The notes under the pieces: model-generated | Databases searched by the model: none | What the model saw: only the letters and a program-made list of their open reading frames with translations | Told to the model about the DNA's origin: nothing | Program-made: the position numbers and the translations under genes | Virus record (IMG/VR): IMGVR_UViG_3300045911_000754 | Source of the DNA: an uncultured virus (IMG/VR IMGVR_UViG_3300045911_000754) | Lineage: Duplodnaviria > Heunggongvirae > Uroviricota > Caudoviricetes | Direction: 5' to 3' (one strand) | Length of the DNA stretch: 64,000 nt | Part shown: positions 45,477 through 56,500 of the stretch, piece by piece | Layout of the letters: every line of letters starts with the position of its first letter | Numbering within the stretch: the first letter of the stretch is position 1

Positions 45477-46601
45477 ATGGCGATTTATTTACCCACCCCT
45501 GAATCCAGCACTACCCCTGTTGCCGCATCCGGCTCGGGTGGTGTCTTGCCCGTGAGTGTCGGCGAAAGTTACCTCGAAAACGTGCGCGCCTCTGCCTACA
45601 ATTGGCAGGCTGGCCGCACCGTCAATCTCTTGTTTTTGGACGAGATTGGCGATATTCGCCGCCGGGAAACCGTGCTGTGGCCTCTCTTGACCAAGAAGCC
45701 CGCCAATAGTCCAATCGTCAAGCAGGCTCGTCGGGATTCATTCCCTGCGGCCGGCGCGATAAACGGGCATGACTTGTCAACAGTCTCTACGTCGGCTCCC
45801 ACTAACACGGCTCTCAACTTGAGCGATCCGGGACAGGAGATCAAGGCCTTAGGAGGGCAGGTCAGGAGTAGTCACTTACAGGAATCTCTGGCTCGCCAGC
45901 AGGGATATCCCTTTGGCGATCAGTTTGCTCAGGACACGGTTGATGTCGTGACAAACACCTATCGAGTGCTAGAGAAGCTGCTGATCAGCGGTAATGCCAC
46001 TGCTAACCCCTTGGAGTTTAATGGGTTGCTGGCCCAGATGCCGAGTGGCAACACCCTGCCCGCCGTCACCGTTACCACCCTGGGTTCGGGTACGCCGATT
46101 TCCAACGCTCTAAACCGGGCGGTCTTGCAAATCCAGGATGCCAACGAAAATATTCGCATCAAGCCCACCCATATCCTGACCAGCGCAACGGGAGCTTACC
46201 TGTTGCAAACTGAATGGCAAAATCAGATCATTTTCCAAAATGTTAGCTCCGTGGTTCCGGGTGTTAGTATCCCCGCGATCATGAACGGGTCGGTGCCGAT
46301 CGTCCAGTCACCTTATATCCGTGACGTAGGCGGCGGGTCAGGCACGGACACTGTTCGCTACTACATTGTTGACATGAATCTAATTGAGTGGTATGGCGTG
46401 ATGCCAATGGGCGGATCAGAGGATCCGGCGATCGGGTTGGAGGTACAATTGTTTGATACGACTGTCAATCAAGGCGACCGAATCCTGATCGAATCGCGGA
46501 TGGCTCTCATCTATGGCACGCTGTTCGCCAAACATGGTGGAGCCGGCATCTACCGGCTCAACGTTACCGTGCCTTCGGGTACGAGTTTCAGTGCCCTCTA
46601 G
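45477..46601 (+). CDS. Major capsid protein
   Basis: 374 aa after protease; LEKLLISGNA..NPLEFNGL, PTHI, VPIVQSPYI. Confidence 0.8.
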   Translation: MAIYLPTPESSTTPVAASGSGGVLPVSVGESYLENVRASAYNWQAGRTVNLLFLDEIGDIRRRETVLWPLLTKKPANSPIVKQARRDSFPAAGAINGHDLSTVSTSAPTNTALNLSDPGQEIKALGGQVRSSHLQESLARQQGYPFGDQFAQDTVDVVTNTYRVLEKLLISGNATANPLEFNGLLAQMPSGNTLPAVTVTTLGSGTPISNALNRAVLQIQDANENIRIKPTHILTSATGAYLLQTEWQNQIIFQNVSSVVPGVSIPAIMNGSVPIVQSPYIRDVGGGSGTDTVRYYIVDMNLIEWYGVMPMGGSEDPAIGLEVQLFDTTVNQGDRILIESRMALIYGTLFAKHGGAGIYRLNVTVPSGTSFSAL

Positions 46602-46611
46602 GAGGTAGCCT

Positions 46612-47010
46612 GTGCTGATCTGTCAAACGGACAAATGGCGTACCCAACCCCCAATCCAAACGGATCCTGTCTTAGGATTGATCCGGCGGCCGGCTAGTTT
46701 GCTGGCGGATCTGCCGGATCCGATTGCTCACTGGGCAATCGCGGCGGGCTATGCTGTGCCCTACGGTGATTCGCCGCCGAAGGCACCGCCCGCCGAAGCC
46801 AGCCCTGAGCAGTTGGACTTAATTCTGGATTTTCTGAATAAGTCCGACCAGTCGGAGATTGCAGCGGTTAAAGGCATTTCTGAATCCCTTGCGTCCAAGA
46901 TTGTCAAGTCCCGCCCCTTAACGGCGGATGGGCTTGGCGGTCTGCTCACTAGTCGCCACCTACAGTCCCTGCGATTATTTGTGGAGGGCGTCAACGATGG
47001 GGAGTCTTGA
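46612..47010 (+). CDS. Protein with C-terminal helix-hairpin-helix domain
   Basis: FLNKSDQSEIAAVKGISESLASKIVKSRP. Confidence 0.7.
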   Translation: MLICQTDKWRTQPPIQTDPVLGLIRRPASLLADLPDPIAHWAIAAGYAVPYGDSPPKAPPAEASPEQLDLILDFLNKSDQSEIAAVKGISESLASKIVKSRPLTADGLGGLLTSRHLQSLRLFVEGVNDGES

Positions 47011-47365
47011 TTTGGTTAGGGTCTCCCCTCTGGATTTGTGGGATGAACCCGTGTTGCGACTCCCCGGGATGCGCCCATTATGTCGTAGCGACTACTTGTT
47101 GGTCACCCCGACTGAACGAGATCGGCTAGTATCCGAGGGGTATGCCCAGGACTATGAACCGATCTCGCCGCCCTCTGTCTCGATCACCTCGGACTCGACC
47201 CCGACCCAGTCCGAAGAGGACAAGGATCCAGAGCTGTTGATCGCGCCAGGTGTGGCGCCGATTCCTGTGCCACCCCTTGACTCGGATCCAGGGACTAGCT
47301 CAGAGTCAGAGAGCGACTCAGATCGGCAACCGCGCCCCCGGCGGCGCAAGGCGAGTGACTCGTGA
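46997..47365 (+). CDS. Hypothetical head-region protein
   Basis: LVSEGYA motif and disordered tail ending in a basic run. Confidence 0.6.
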   Translation: MGSLDLVRVSPLDLWDEPVLRLPGMRPLCRSDYLLVTPTERDRLVSEGYAQDYEPISPPSVSITSDSTPTQSEEDKDPELLIAPGVAPIPVPPLDSDPGTSSESESDSDRQPRPRRRKASDS

Positions 47366-48249
47366 CAGCATCTGCGGTGACGGAGTGCCTTGATCAGGTC
47401 AGGGCATTGATCTCCGATCCAGCCTTGTCCAGTGCAGCGTTGCAATCAACGGCGCGGCGCTGGTTAGAAGGGGAGGGCGATCGCTACCTGTTATTGGCTG
47501 ATCTGCGATCGCTGCTGGAGTCAATCGTTGCCGCGCCCGTGCCGATCAATTCAACGACTCTGATCCAATGGGAGTCCAGGTTGTTGGATTTTCATGGGCG
47601 GTATTTCCCTGCCCGCAACCCTTACCTTGACCCGGTGATCGCCCGTACCCGATTGATCGCCCTAGGGCTGTACTCCGAAGAGACTGCGCCATCGACCGCC
47701 ATCATAGCAACAGCGCTTGACCGTGCCTGCGATCTGGTGCACCAGTGGCTAGGACGGCGGTTGGCAGTAACGACCTACCAAGAGGTTATCCAATCTGATC
47801 GGTTTGGGCGGATTCGTCTCCCCATCTCCCCGGTGTTAGGAATTGAGTCTCTTGCAATACGGAGTCCAGGGGCGATTTCCCGTCCCTTGCCCGTCTCTTC
47901 AATCTCTGGATTTTGGCAGGGCGGGCGTATTGTCGGTGTAGGATTTGCACAGGCGTCTGTCGAAGTGACCTACACGGCAGGTATTGACCCCTTGCCTGGT
48001 GCGATTGTCGACTGCCTGATTGACCTGTTAATCGAGTCCATATCCCTAGACCCGACCTTGTCTTCAGTCGACTGGTCGCGGTTCTCCATGTCAGACTATC
48101 CCGTACAGTCCGTTGAATTGCCGGGTGGGCTTCGCAAGTCCTTCGCTGTACCTACTGGAGTAGCCTTGAACACCAAGCCTCGACCCACTCCGCTTGACCG
48201 ACTCCTCTCCCCACTCACCAACTGGCGCGTGTCTTCAGTGGTTTGCTAG
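47362..48249 (+). CDS. Head-tail adaptor protein
   Basis: ALDRA.DLV..WLGR.L..TTY.E, RLP..PV..I, VEVTYTAG..LP..I. Confidence 0.7.
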   Translation: MTASAVTECLDQVRALISDPALSSAALQSTARRWLEGEGDRYLLLADLRSLLESIVAAPVPINSTTLIQWESRLLDFHGRYFPARNPYLDPVIARTRLIALGLYSEETAPSTAIIATALDRACDLVHQWLGRRLAVTTYQEVIQSDRFGRIRLPISPVLGIESLAIRSPGAISRPLPVSSISGFWQGGRIVGVGFAQASVEVTYTAGIDPLPGAIVDCLIDLLIESISLDPTLSSVDWSRFSMSDYPVQSVELPGGLRKSFAVPTGVALNTKPRPTPLDRLLSPLTNWRVSSVVC

Positions 48250-48250
48250 G

Positions 48251-48649
48251 ATGGAAAGGCTGACTTCCGCTCACCGAGTGCTGACTCGTGGCTACTACTG
48301 GCGGATTGAGTTAACCCGCACCTGGCCCGCCCAGCGGGGGGAAGAGCTTGCCGCCTACTTGTCGGCGGTGCGGGAAAGTCAAGAGCCGATCTCCCTGTGT
48401 TTGCCTGTGCGTCGCGAAGCTGATCCATTGCTAGCTATTCCCGCCGATCTTAGCTATTCTTGTCGATTGCTCCGAGGCTACCTATACCCTGAGGCACGGC
48501 GGTCGGGAGTGCCAACCGATAGCGTGCTTTCCGAGGATGGCAACTTGATCGCGATCATCCTGGAACTGTCCTTTGGTGTTGGTTGGATCCATCAGTGGCG
48601 GCTGACAAAGACGACCGGTACGGCAATTGAACCTGATCGCCTAAACTAG
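48251..48649 (+). CDS. Putative head-closure protein
   Basis: Position after adaptor; beta-rich. Confidence 0.45.
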   Translation: MERLTSAHRVLTRGYYWRIELTRTWPAQRGEELAAYLSAVRESQEPISLCLPVRREADPLLAIPADLSYSCRLLRGYLYPEARRSGVPTDSVLSEDGNLIAIILELSFGVGWIHQWRLTKTTGTAIEPDRLN

Positions 48650-48741
48650 CATGGGTCTTGCATAATTATCGAATCTATGCATTGGGTTGTGTGTTTTTTT
48701 CGCCTAAGATAGTGATCATTGCCCACAATTGATTTGTCCTT

Positions 48742-49803
48742 ATGACCTACTCCGCTGGCGTTGGTTTCGTGCCTACCTCCGAAGCGGCTTCCGCCCAAGT
48801 GCTTCCTGTCCCCAGTGAACCCCCTTTGGAAGCAATCAAAATCGCCGATCTGAATATTGAGACTGTCCCCTTATGTGAAGCGGGGAATCTGCTCCCGGTT
48901 GGGGTGAAGTTGCCCGACGAAACAGCTCGCTCCTTTGGGTTAGGAACAATCAGCGCTGCTACTAAGACCGCCATCGATGCTTTGATCGCCGATGCCTTAA
49001 AAGATCGCAACAGCAACTATGGAGCTTTGTCGGCCTTACCCGGCTGCCTTAGTAAAGCAGTTGATGTTGTAGGTGACCGTCCCTTGTCGTTGATTTCGGG
49101 GCAATTTTTCAGTAATAGTTTCTCGCGGCTATTCGACGCTTTTTATATTAAAGATTTGGTGTTTTTGTGTTTTGCTATTCGTCTGAAAAAGATGCGAGAG
49201 TTGCAGCATGAAATCACCGAGTTGAGGCCCTTTGATTTTGTGATGCAGGTGCAATGCAACGCTCAACGCTGCACCAAAAACTTTGATGTCGTCTTAGATT
49301 TCTCGGGCATGGATGTTGGGTTTGTTGGAAACTTGCCCGCTTCCCATCGAATCGAGGTGACGTTGCCGACTCCTTTTTCTCTGTATGCGGGAACCCCTCA
49401 GGAGGAGCGGATCACTCATCTTCACTTTCATCCCACTCCTACTTTGCGGGGGGTAAAAAAAGTTCTAGATCTTCAGGTTTCAACTGCCAAGAAAGATCCG
49501 GAGCACCGGATGTCCCCTATAGCTATGTCGATTCTGAGCTACATCGCTGATGTTCCTGAGTCGTCATCTATGGGCAATGGACGCCACTGGAATCTGCGTT
49601 TTTGGCATGCCCTTACTGAGAGTCCGGCTAATCTTAATTACCTTGAAAGGGCAGTTAAGAAACTAGACAAAATTGGCCCCAAGGTGGAAATCCCAATGGT
49701 GTGTCCTTGTCGGGAAGAGTTTTCGTGGACTGCCACAGTTCCTTGGATTGATGTTGGCAACTTTTGGTACAACCCTGCTTTCCGAGATAGCGACGAACTC
49801 TAA
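48742..49803 (+). CDS. Putative tail assembly chaperone / T4 gp26-like protein
   Basis: D..FL.FAIR, two Cys pairs, ends GPK....CPC...VPW..NFW; overlapped by shifted-frame ORF. Confidence 0.55.
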   Translation: MTYSAGVGFVPTSEAASAQVLPVPSEPPLEAIKIADLNIETVPLCEAGNLLPVGVKLPDETARSFGLGTISAATKTAIDALIADALKDRNSNYGALSALPGCLSKAVDVVGDRPLSLISGQFFSNSFSRLFDAFYIKDLVFLCFAIRLKKMRELQHEITELRPFDFVMQVQCNAQRCTKNFDVVLDFSGMDVGFVGNLPASHRIEVTLPTPFSLYAGTPQEERITHLHFHPTPTLRGVKKVLDLQVSTAKKDPEHRMSPIAMSILSYIADVPESSSMGNGRHWNLRFWHALTESPANLNYLERAVKKLDKIGPKVEIPMVCPCREEFSWTATVPWIDVGNFWYNPAFRDSDEL

Positions 49804-49993
49804 AGAATTAGAACGAGATCGTCAATATTGGATCGATTTGGCTTTTTATCTTTCGGTAGGCGAGCAAGCCCCGTTCAGTTCTGTTGAAGAGGTCATGAAT
49901 TTGCCTATTTCTACGGTGCTTTACATGACCAAAAAGCTAAACGATCTTTATGAGCGACAAGCAAGAGAACAGAAGAAACAGTCCCGCAAGTAG
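49760..49993 (+). CDS. Probable frameshift extension of tail chaperone (gpT/gpE'-like)
   Basis: +1-frame ORF without good start: YWIDLAFYLS...SVEEVMNLPIS..LY..KL...ERQ. Confidence 0.5.
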   Translation, partial: TFGTTLLSEIATNSKELERDRQYWIDLAFYLSVGEQAPFSSVEEVMNLPISTVLYMTKKLNDLYERQAREQKKQSRK

Positions 49994-50005
49994 CCTTTAA
50001 TTGTT

Positions 50006-50476
50006 GTGTCCAACCTCCCCTCTGGTATTTATCGACTCATTCCCAAGTCTGATGAGCCGTCTCCTCATCCCTTGGAGGGGGCTGAGATTCAGCTTATTTG
50101 TGTCCTCAAAAATAGCCTTTTGTGGTCACTGCGAGAATCGCAAGTACCAGGGGCGGAGGTTGAGATCGAGGTTTTTCTGACCTTCACGGAATTTCGTATC
50201 CAGCAGCGTTCTGAGACCAGAAGATTTCACTACCGCTGGGGCGAAGATATCAATCGCGGGGATTGCCCTCGTCAGCGTTCAAGTCAGACAATCGACGACG
50301 AGCAGTCTCGACTGGATCATGCCCTATCCGTCGTGCGTCAGGAGTTGAACACGCTTCCCCTGGCGTCTCATCTTACCCCCAAGAGTTCCTTGCGAATGCT
50401 TCTGGGGTTTGAGGGCGGGAGGTTGAAGTCTTGTGAGATTTCCCGGATGCGATCAGCCTCGAGTAGGATGCGATAG
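50006..50476 (+). CDS. Hypothetical protein
   Basis: 156 aa co-oriented ORF. Confidence 0.6.
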   Translation: MSNLPSGIYRLIPKSDEPSPHPLEGAEIQLICVLKNSLLWSLRESQVPGAEVEIEVFLTFTEFRIQQRSETRRFHYRWGEDINRGDCPRQRSSQTIDDEQSRLDHALSVVRQELNTLPLASHLTPKSSLRMLLGFEGGRLKSCEISRMRSASSRMR

Positions 50477-50478
50477 CT

Positions 50479-51270
50479 ATGGCAATTCCTTCGATCTCCC
50501 GAGCTGCCAGCCAAAACGGGACAATCGTAACAACCGGATCTCTGTCCTTCACTGCCGGGGTCTTGGGAGCTGCAAGTGTTGGCTCGCTTGGATCGTTGTC
50601 TCTTGGGGGGAGTTCGGGTGAGCTGGCAGTGATTGCTGGCTCAGGGGCGAAGCCTTTCACTAGTGAGCTAGACGGCGAATACACGTGCGAAGAAATTGAG
50701 TTCGAGATTACTGATCGCATCATTGCCCATATCTATGGCTACAAGCCGGATCCAAACGCCCCCCCACCCCAGGTGTTTCTGGGGAACGCTGATCGCCCTC
50801 TCGAGGGAATCACCTTGGCAGCGGGTAGCGGGGCCGGCGGCCCGGCTAGTCCCGCTGGGGAGATCAACACTAAGATCTTTCAAGCCGCCAGCGCTGCCTA
50901 TGCCGAGAAAATGTCTACCGCTGCCGGGCCTGGTGGCGGTAGGGTTGCTTGCGCCTGGGCCGTGAACAAGGTAATGGCTCGAGCCGGACTAAAGCCGATC
51001 GGGGCGAACCCTAACCTGGTTGATAGCCTTGAGGAGGAGCTGGCAGGTGGACGTGGACAAAAGATCGAGCCTCGCACGGCAGGGCAGCCCGGAGACATCG
51101 TGATTATGGGCAAGGGCCAGCGCGCTCACGTAGGCATCGTCTTGGGGCCAGACAAGGTGGTTAGTAACAGCAGCAGCAGGTCTCGATTTGTATGGGTCGC
51201 GTCCTATAGCGAGTATGACGCCCGCTATGATCGCAACTATCCATGCCGTGTCTATCGGGTGCTGAGGTGA
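50479..51270 (+). CDS. Hub C-terminal-like fragment fused to NlpC/P60/CHAP-like amidase
   Basis: LDGEYTCEEIEF; ACAWAVN...PGDIVI....HVGIV....SNSSS. Confidence 0.7.
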   Translation: MAIPSISRAASQNGTIVTTGSLSFTAGVLGAASVGSLGSLSLGGSSGELAVIAGSGAKPFTSELDGEYTCEEIEFEITDRIIAHIYGYKPDPNAPPPQVFLGNADRPLEGITLAAGSGAGGPASPAGEINTKIFQAASAAYAEKMSTAAGPGGGRVACAWAVNKVMARAGLKPIGANPNLVDSLEEELAGGRGQKIEPRTAGQPGDIVIMGKGQRAHVGIVLGPDKVVSNSSSRSRFVWVASYSEYDARYDRNYPCRVYRVLR

Positions 51271-51650
51271 TGCTGGCTCCCGTCTTCTTTCAGTTGCCAG
51301 TAGGGCTGATTCTCAACGAAGGTGATCGCTACACCATTCGAGGCTATGCTCAGTTTGAGCGTTGGACGTTGGTGTCGTGGCGGATTGACGTGGCTAACAG
51401 CGCAGAGCCGATCTATGGTGAGAGCCTGTGGCGTGATCGTACCTTGATTGCATCGGGTGCTGGCGCGATAGACCTGTGGACACCCCCCACCCCCCGCGAG
51501 CCTTTGGATCCTGACGACCCGCCCCCGCCCCCCATTCCTGAGAACCCCTTTGACCGAATTCCCAGTAACCACACCAACTACGGTGTTAGCCAAGTTTGTG
51601 CCGTGGCTCTACGCGACGATGCCAACTTTGTCTGGTTTGATTTGGCTTAG
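51270..51650 (+). CDS. Hypothetical (probably baseplate-associated) protein
   Basis: Coupled to upstream gene. Confidence 0.55.
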   Translation: MLAPVFFQLPVGLILNEGDRYTIRGYAQFERWTLVSWRIDVANSAEPIYGESLWRDRTLIASGAGAIDLWTPPTPREPLDPDDPPPPPIPENPFDRIPSNHTNYGVSQVCAVALRDDANFVWFDLA

Positions 51651-52846
51651 TCGTTGATCCGCCGATCGCCCTCGGGCCCGATTGGCTCCATCCCTACAGC
51701 AATCAAGGTTTGATTCAGGGTAATCACCCCTTTCTCCCATAGCATGACCGCCCGTTCAGCTTCTTCAGTTTCCGTGCGTGGCTCCGTGTCGACCAACTGT
51801 AATCTGTATCCAGGGAAGTAGAAATCAATTACCTCGTGTTGTAGTCTACGGAACACCAGTCGGGCGATCGGGGCCACTGCATCCGCGTGGGTCGACGAAG
51901 CGGCTTCCCCTGCCGTTGCTCGGTTGTCGTGATCCGTCAATCCCAGATCGCGGGGGGTCAAATTAAAGCAGATGGCGATCATCCTTAGCAGGTACTCGGC
52001 GTATTTGAGGTATAACCCCTCGTCCGTCTGAGAATTGAGCCGCAAGATCTGAGGCGTGCCTTTGCTGCCCATGCTTGGCTGTTTGCTCTGCTGGAGAACC
52101 TCGTATTCCCAATAGTCTCGAAACTCCTCCAGTTCTTCTTTGCTCACATCCCCTAAATGGATCAGCGTGGATGGGTTGCTTTTGCTTGTCTGGATTGATT
52201 GGTAGTCAAGTAGTGAGATCCAGGATAGGACAACCGGGGCGGCGATCTCGACGGGGCTGCGGGGGAGTGGGTCGGCGCTGCTGCCTAGCCGTTTAATCAG
52301 GAAAGCCTGATCATTTTGCAAGTCGACTGTGCTCATGCCACTGGAGTAGCGATAGCGTGGTAGATCTGAGTCCGGTTCCCATGATTCAATTAGCTCTAGC
52401 TTGGTCGGGTCAATCGCCCACAACCAGAACGCCTGATCACTGTCGCCCGGCTGGCGCTCAATCCCAGCCACCGAATGGACTAGTAGATCTCTCACGATTG
52501 CCGCCAATAGTCCGTCGATTCCATCGCCTTGCGTGTTGGGATTTTGCAAGGATTCCCCTAGCCAGCGTGCGGTTTCCACTGCGCGCTCGTCATGCTCTTG
52601 CTTGATCGGAGGCAGTACCGACCAGCGCATATTCAAGACCCCAGTTGTTACCCGCTCGATCGCCCGAGCTACCGGGGGAAACGCAGCTAGTATCGTTAGT
52701 TCCCAGGATGATCGCCGCCGCTGGTCATAAGCGTTGATCGAGCGACGGAGCAGTCCCATAGGATCCAGGTTCGCCGCGTACCTGGATCGCAGCAGGGAGT
52801 GGCGTTGCCATTTCAAGGATCTGTCAAAGGTGAGTGGAGAGGTCAT
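51647..52846 (-). CDS. Portal protein
   Basis: IVRDLLVH..A.IE, LWAIDPT, SPVEIA, IAICFNLTPRDLG.T..NRAT, GVITLNQ.L...G.EPI..EGD. Confidence 0.88.
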   Translation of the reverse strand: MTSPLTFDRSLKWQRHSLLRSRYAANLDPMGLLRRSINAYDQRRRSSWELTILAAFPPVARAIERVTTGVLNMRWSVLPPIKQEHDERAVETARWLGESLQNPNTQGDGIDGLLAAIVRDLLVHSVAGIERQPGDSDQAFWLWAIDPTKLELIESWEPDSDLPRYRYSSGMSTVDLQNDQAFLIKRLGSSADPLPRSPVEIAAPVVLSWISLLDYQSIQTSKSNPSTLIHLGDVSKEELEEFRDYWEYEVLQQSKQPSMGSKGTPQILRLNSQTDEGLYLKYAEYLLRMIAICFNLTPRDLGLTDHDNRATAGEAASSTHADAVAPIARLVFRRLQHEVIDFYFPGYRLQLVDTEPRTETEEAERAVMLWEKGVITLNQTLIAVGMEPIGPEGDRRIND

Positions 52847-53379
52847 TGGTTGGCAGCGACTAACTCGGGGGGTAATAGCAATCGGGCGGTCGGGGCGTGG
52901 TACAGGTCGAAAAGTCTTCCGTGTCGGGCGATCGCCCCTAGGCAGATCGCAATTGGTTGAGTACGCCCCACTGAGGTGCTACCTGGGTGAGGCTGAGTCC
53001 ATAGCTGAAACGGCTGACGACCAATCTGGCTGTCGGGAGACTGAACCCACTCAAGCGCGATCGCCGTCCAAGCCAGTCCCTTGTGGATAGGAACCAAGGC
53101 CAACTGGGCAGTCGCCTGTAATTGCCACAGACACTCAAGGTCTTCAGCGGTCTGCGGATTGCTTAGGCGTGGCAAGTAGGCCACACGGTCGCCCTGCCAA
53201 TTTCTTTGGCTGTCAAGGGTTGCTTGGATCGTCGGATCGGGTGATCGGGCCATATCCCGCAGGCGTTCATCCCAGCCCCAACAGGAAATCGCCGCGATCG
53301 CGTCCAGCTCCCGCAAAGATTGAATTTGATAGATTCCAACGCCCGTGTCGGGGCAAGCTCTGTCCATCTTGCTGGGCAA
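52843..53379 (-). CDS. Hypothetical protein coupled to portal gene
   Basis: ATGA overlap; ELDAIA...WG weakly gpX/LysM-like. Confidence 0.55.
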   Translation of the reverse strand: MPSKMDRACPDTGVGIYQIQSLRELDAIAAISCWGWDERLRDMARSPDPTIQATLDSQRNWQGDRVAYLPRLSNPQTAEDLECLWQLQATAQLALVPIHKGLAWTAIALEWVQSPDSQIGRQPFQLWTQPHPGSTSVGRTQPIAICLGAIARHGRLFDLYHAPTARLLLPPELVAANQ

Positions 53380-53503
53380 CCGTGTTGCGCGGATTCCAGT
53401 GCAATCCCCAATACCCTAGAATAGCAGTATTGAGAACCTGCCAACCGCGCCCGCGCCATTACTGTCCCTGACAAGCTTGTGCGGTTTTTCGCTTGACCCC
53501 TCC

Positions 53504-56500
53504 ATGGCTACCACCAACCCCATCGCAACAAATCAAGCTGGTAGCGCCACGTCCAGTGCTGGTAGCGCCGCCACTCCCGCGGCTAGTGGCGGGGCCACCG
53601 GGTATCCCACGGTAGACGTGGTAATGAAATGCTGCCCCGATGCAGATCCCAAACATGTCGCCCAATTCTTGTCATTGGTGATGCCCATGTTTGCGGCCAA
53701 GGGCTGGACTTCCAAGAATCAACTGATTGGGCTACTGGCAACCATGTCGGTTGAAACAACAACCTTTGCGCCAATCAAGGAAAAAAGCAACGGGCGTGCC
53801 TATGAGGGAAACGTTGTGGACTTGGGCAACACCCAGCCCGGCGATGGCGCAAGGTATGTGGGGCGAGGCTACATCCAAACCACCGGCAGAGGGGGATACC
53901 AAATGATCTCCAAACTGACCGGCATCGATGTCGTCTCACGTCCAGAGCTTCTGGAAACCCACTCAGAGGCAACAGCCAAGGCCCTGGTTTTTACCTGGGG
54001 CGGGCAGGCTGGCACGAAAAGATCCGCCGTACCCCATGCCGAAGCGGGGAACTGGCTCAATGTTCGTAAGGCAATCAATGGGTGGAGAGGCACACCGAAT
54101 GGGTTGCCCAAGTTCTACAAGGTGGTCGAGCGATGCAAGCAGTTCTTGACCGCCGGAATCTCAGGCAACTTCCCTCCTGGGGGAACCTATGGGTCTAATG
54201 ATTACGACCCCGGCAGTGGCAGCGATCGCACCGTGGCTGGCATTGTCAACCCCGCGTCGCAACTTGACGCACTAGGGTACGCACTGGGACTGCACGAGGG
54301 CGACCGCGCCCGATCGCACGAGTGCCGATTCACAATCGACGTGTCTGCCCAGCCCGACGTACTGAACCTGTCGGCGGGCAAGACCTTCGCAGTACGAGGC
54401 ATGGGTGCGACTGACAGCACCGCCAGTGCTGCGCCTGCCGGGTCATCCGCCGATCTGCTGACAGGATCCAATGCTGTGCTCCTTTTAGGATCTGGCAACG
54501 AAGCGGTCGTAAATTTTGGATCACTCGTCGCGCGGGCTGGTAGCGGAGCGATAGCGGTTCCTGGGCAAACGATGTCCCCACCCGGCAAAGCCCCCACAAC
54601 AGAAGAGCGAGTCAAGGCGGCAGCGGCGGCCATTCGGATTGACCCCAAGCTCTTTGAAATCACTGCGCCAACCGGTGGTGGGGCGGTAGCGACCAACAGC
54701 AGTGAAGAGGCTAAACAGGCAGCGGCGGCCCCCTTGGTAGGTGCACCACCCAAGGGTGATCGCAATCGGGTGCTATTGCGAGTCAAGTTTGGAGACCTGG
54801 AGTTCAGCAATCTGAAGGGCGATTTCCTGTACCGCCCATTTCCACCCAGCATTCGATCGGCCACCTATGTCCATGACCAGTTTCGGTGCGTGATCAACGA
54901 CCCCGATGACGTGCATCGGCTTGCCGTCAGCAAACACCGTCAGGTTGAGGTGGCGATCGGGTTCGTGAACGGTGACACGATCAACAAATTTGTGGGTGAG
55001 ATTTACCACGTTGGGCGAATTCAGCCAGGCGGACTAGAGATCCGCGCCGTGGATATGTCCTTCAGCAAGCTCTCCGGTGCAGCCTCGGGGGTTGTTGACC
55101 AGACGATTCCAACTCAGGCAGATACCCGCGAGGTACTGAGCGTAGAATCCGGCGAGGCGACAGTGATCGCGGATCTGCGTAAGGGGCAAAAGATGGCCAA
55201 TGGATCCCCCTACGACCCGACAAAACCGATCGCCGCTCACAAAACTCTACCCTTGGGAACCGAGGTGCGAATCACCGCGCTGTCCACCAGTAAGTCGGCG
55301 ATCGCGGTTGTTTCTGATCGAGGGCCCAAGTCCGGCAACGCCAAGATCGAAGTATCAAGCAGCGTAGCGGCGGCGATCGGATTAGGCAGGCCCGCATCCG
55401 CACTGCCCAGCCCATCGTCCAAGGCCTCTCCAGTCGGGAGCGCTGCCACTGCAGGGAGCGTCGCTGTTGGGCCAATCGTGTCGCCATCCGCCGTTCGCAT
55501 TGAAGTGTTGAAACCCAAGCCTGAGGCGATTGGTGGGTCGGCAGCAGCCCTAATCAGCGGTATAGGCGACGGGTTGAAGTCAATGCAAAAGACGGAGGTA
55601 TCGGTGACAACACCCGTCAAATCCGCCCTATCTTCGGCGGATTTATTTTCACGGGCGATTTCCGCCGCCGCTGCCCAGTCCGGCAGTGCCACCGCCCTCC
55701 TTGATCAAATCCGTGCCCAGCACCAACAGCAGTCTACGGTACTGCAGCACCTCGCGTCCAACGGGTTGCACTACAAGGGCAACGGGGCCGCTCCCTTGGT
55801 TTCTTCTCAAGGACAGGCTTTCTTGGGTCAATCGCCGGGGCGCGTCGCCCAAGCCCAGTCTCTCTTGCAAGGTAACACTACCACCGTCTCGGGCAACACT
55901 GTCAAGGAAACCGCACCAGGTAAGGGTGAACCCTCGGGTGTGGTGTTAGATTATACACGCAACCGCCCCGCCTTTGTACAGGCACGTGCCTGGCAGCGTA
56001 CCGGGATTCAGTTGCAGTCAGGCTTTGGGGCTTTAACGGTCAAAGGGTGGAACCCCACAGAAAAAGAGGTGGTCTCTGCTACGGTGGTCACACCGGGCCC
56101 AGCTCCGGTTCATCCCACGGGGAACATCAACGTTCCTGGCTGGGGGAACGCGATTCTGAACCAACCGATCATACCTGGGGGCAAGTATACGTGGGGCGAT
56201 GCGACGAAGAACGGCTCGCGGGTTCCCGGTTCAAATGGCTCCAAGCTTGACGGCAAAACAATCATGCAGAACATGTCCAAGATGGCCCAGGTCATGGAGG
56301 ATCTCTGCAGGCAATTCAAGGGTGGTGGGAAGCTGGTGTTCTCAAGCTGGTACCGAGATCCTGTGAGCAACCGACAAGCAGGCGGAAAGTCTGCCAGTCA
56401 GCACATGTCGGGGCACGCCGTCGATATCACCGACAGTGTACATCGGCAACTCTATTCCAAGCTGTTGAGTGACGGGTGGAATAAGAACAGGGGCGGCATT

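Noticed and set aside
46612..47010. Photosystem II PsbU auxiliary gene
   Set aside because: Only a generic HhH motif, no signal peptide, and located in the head operon
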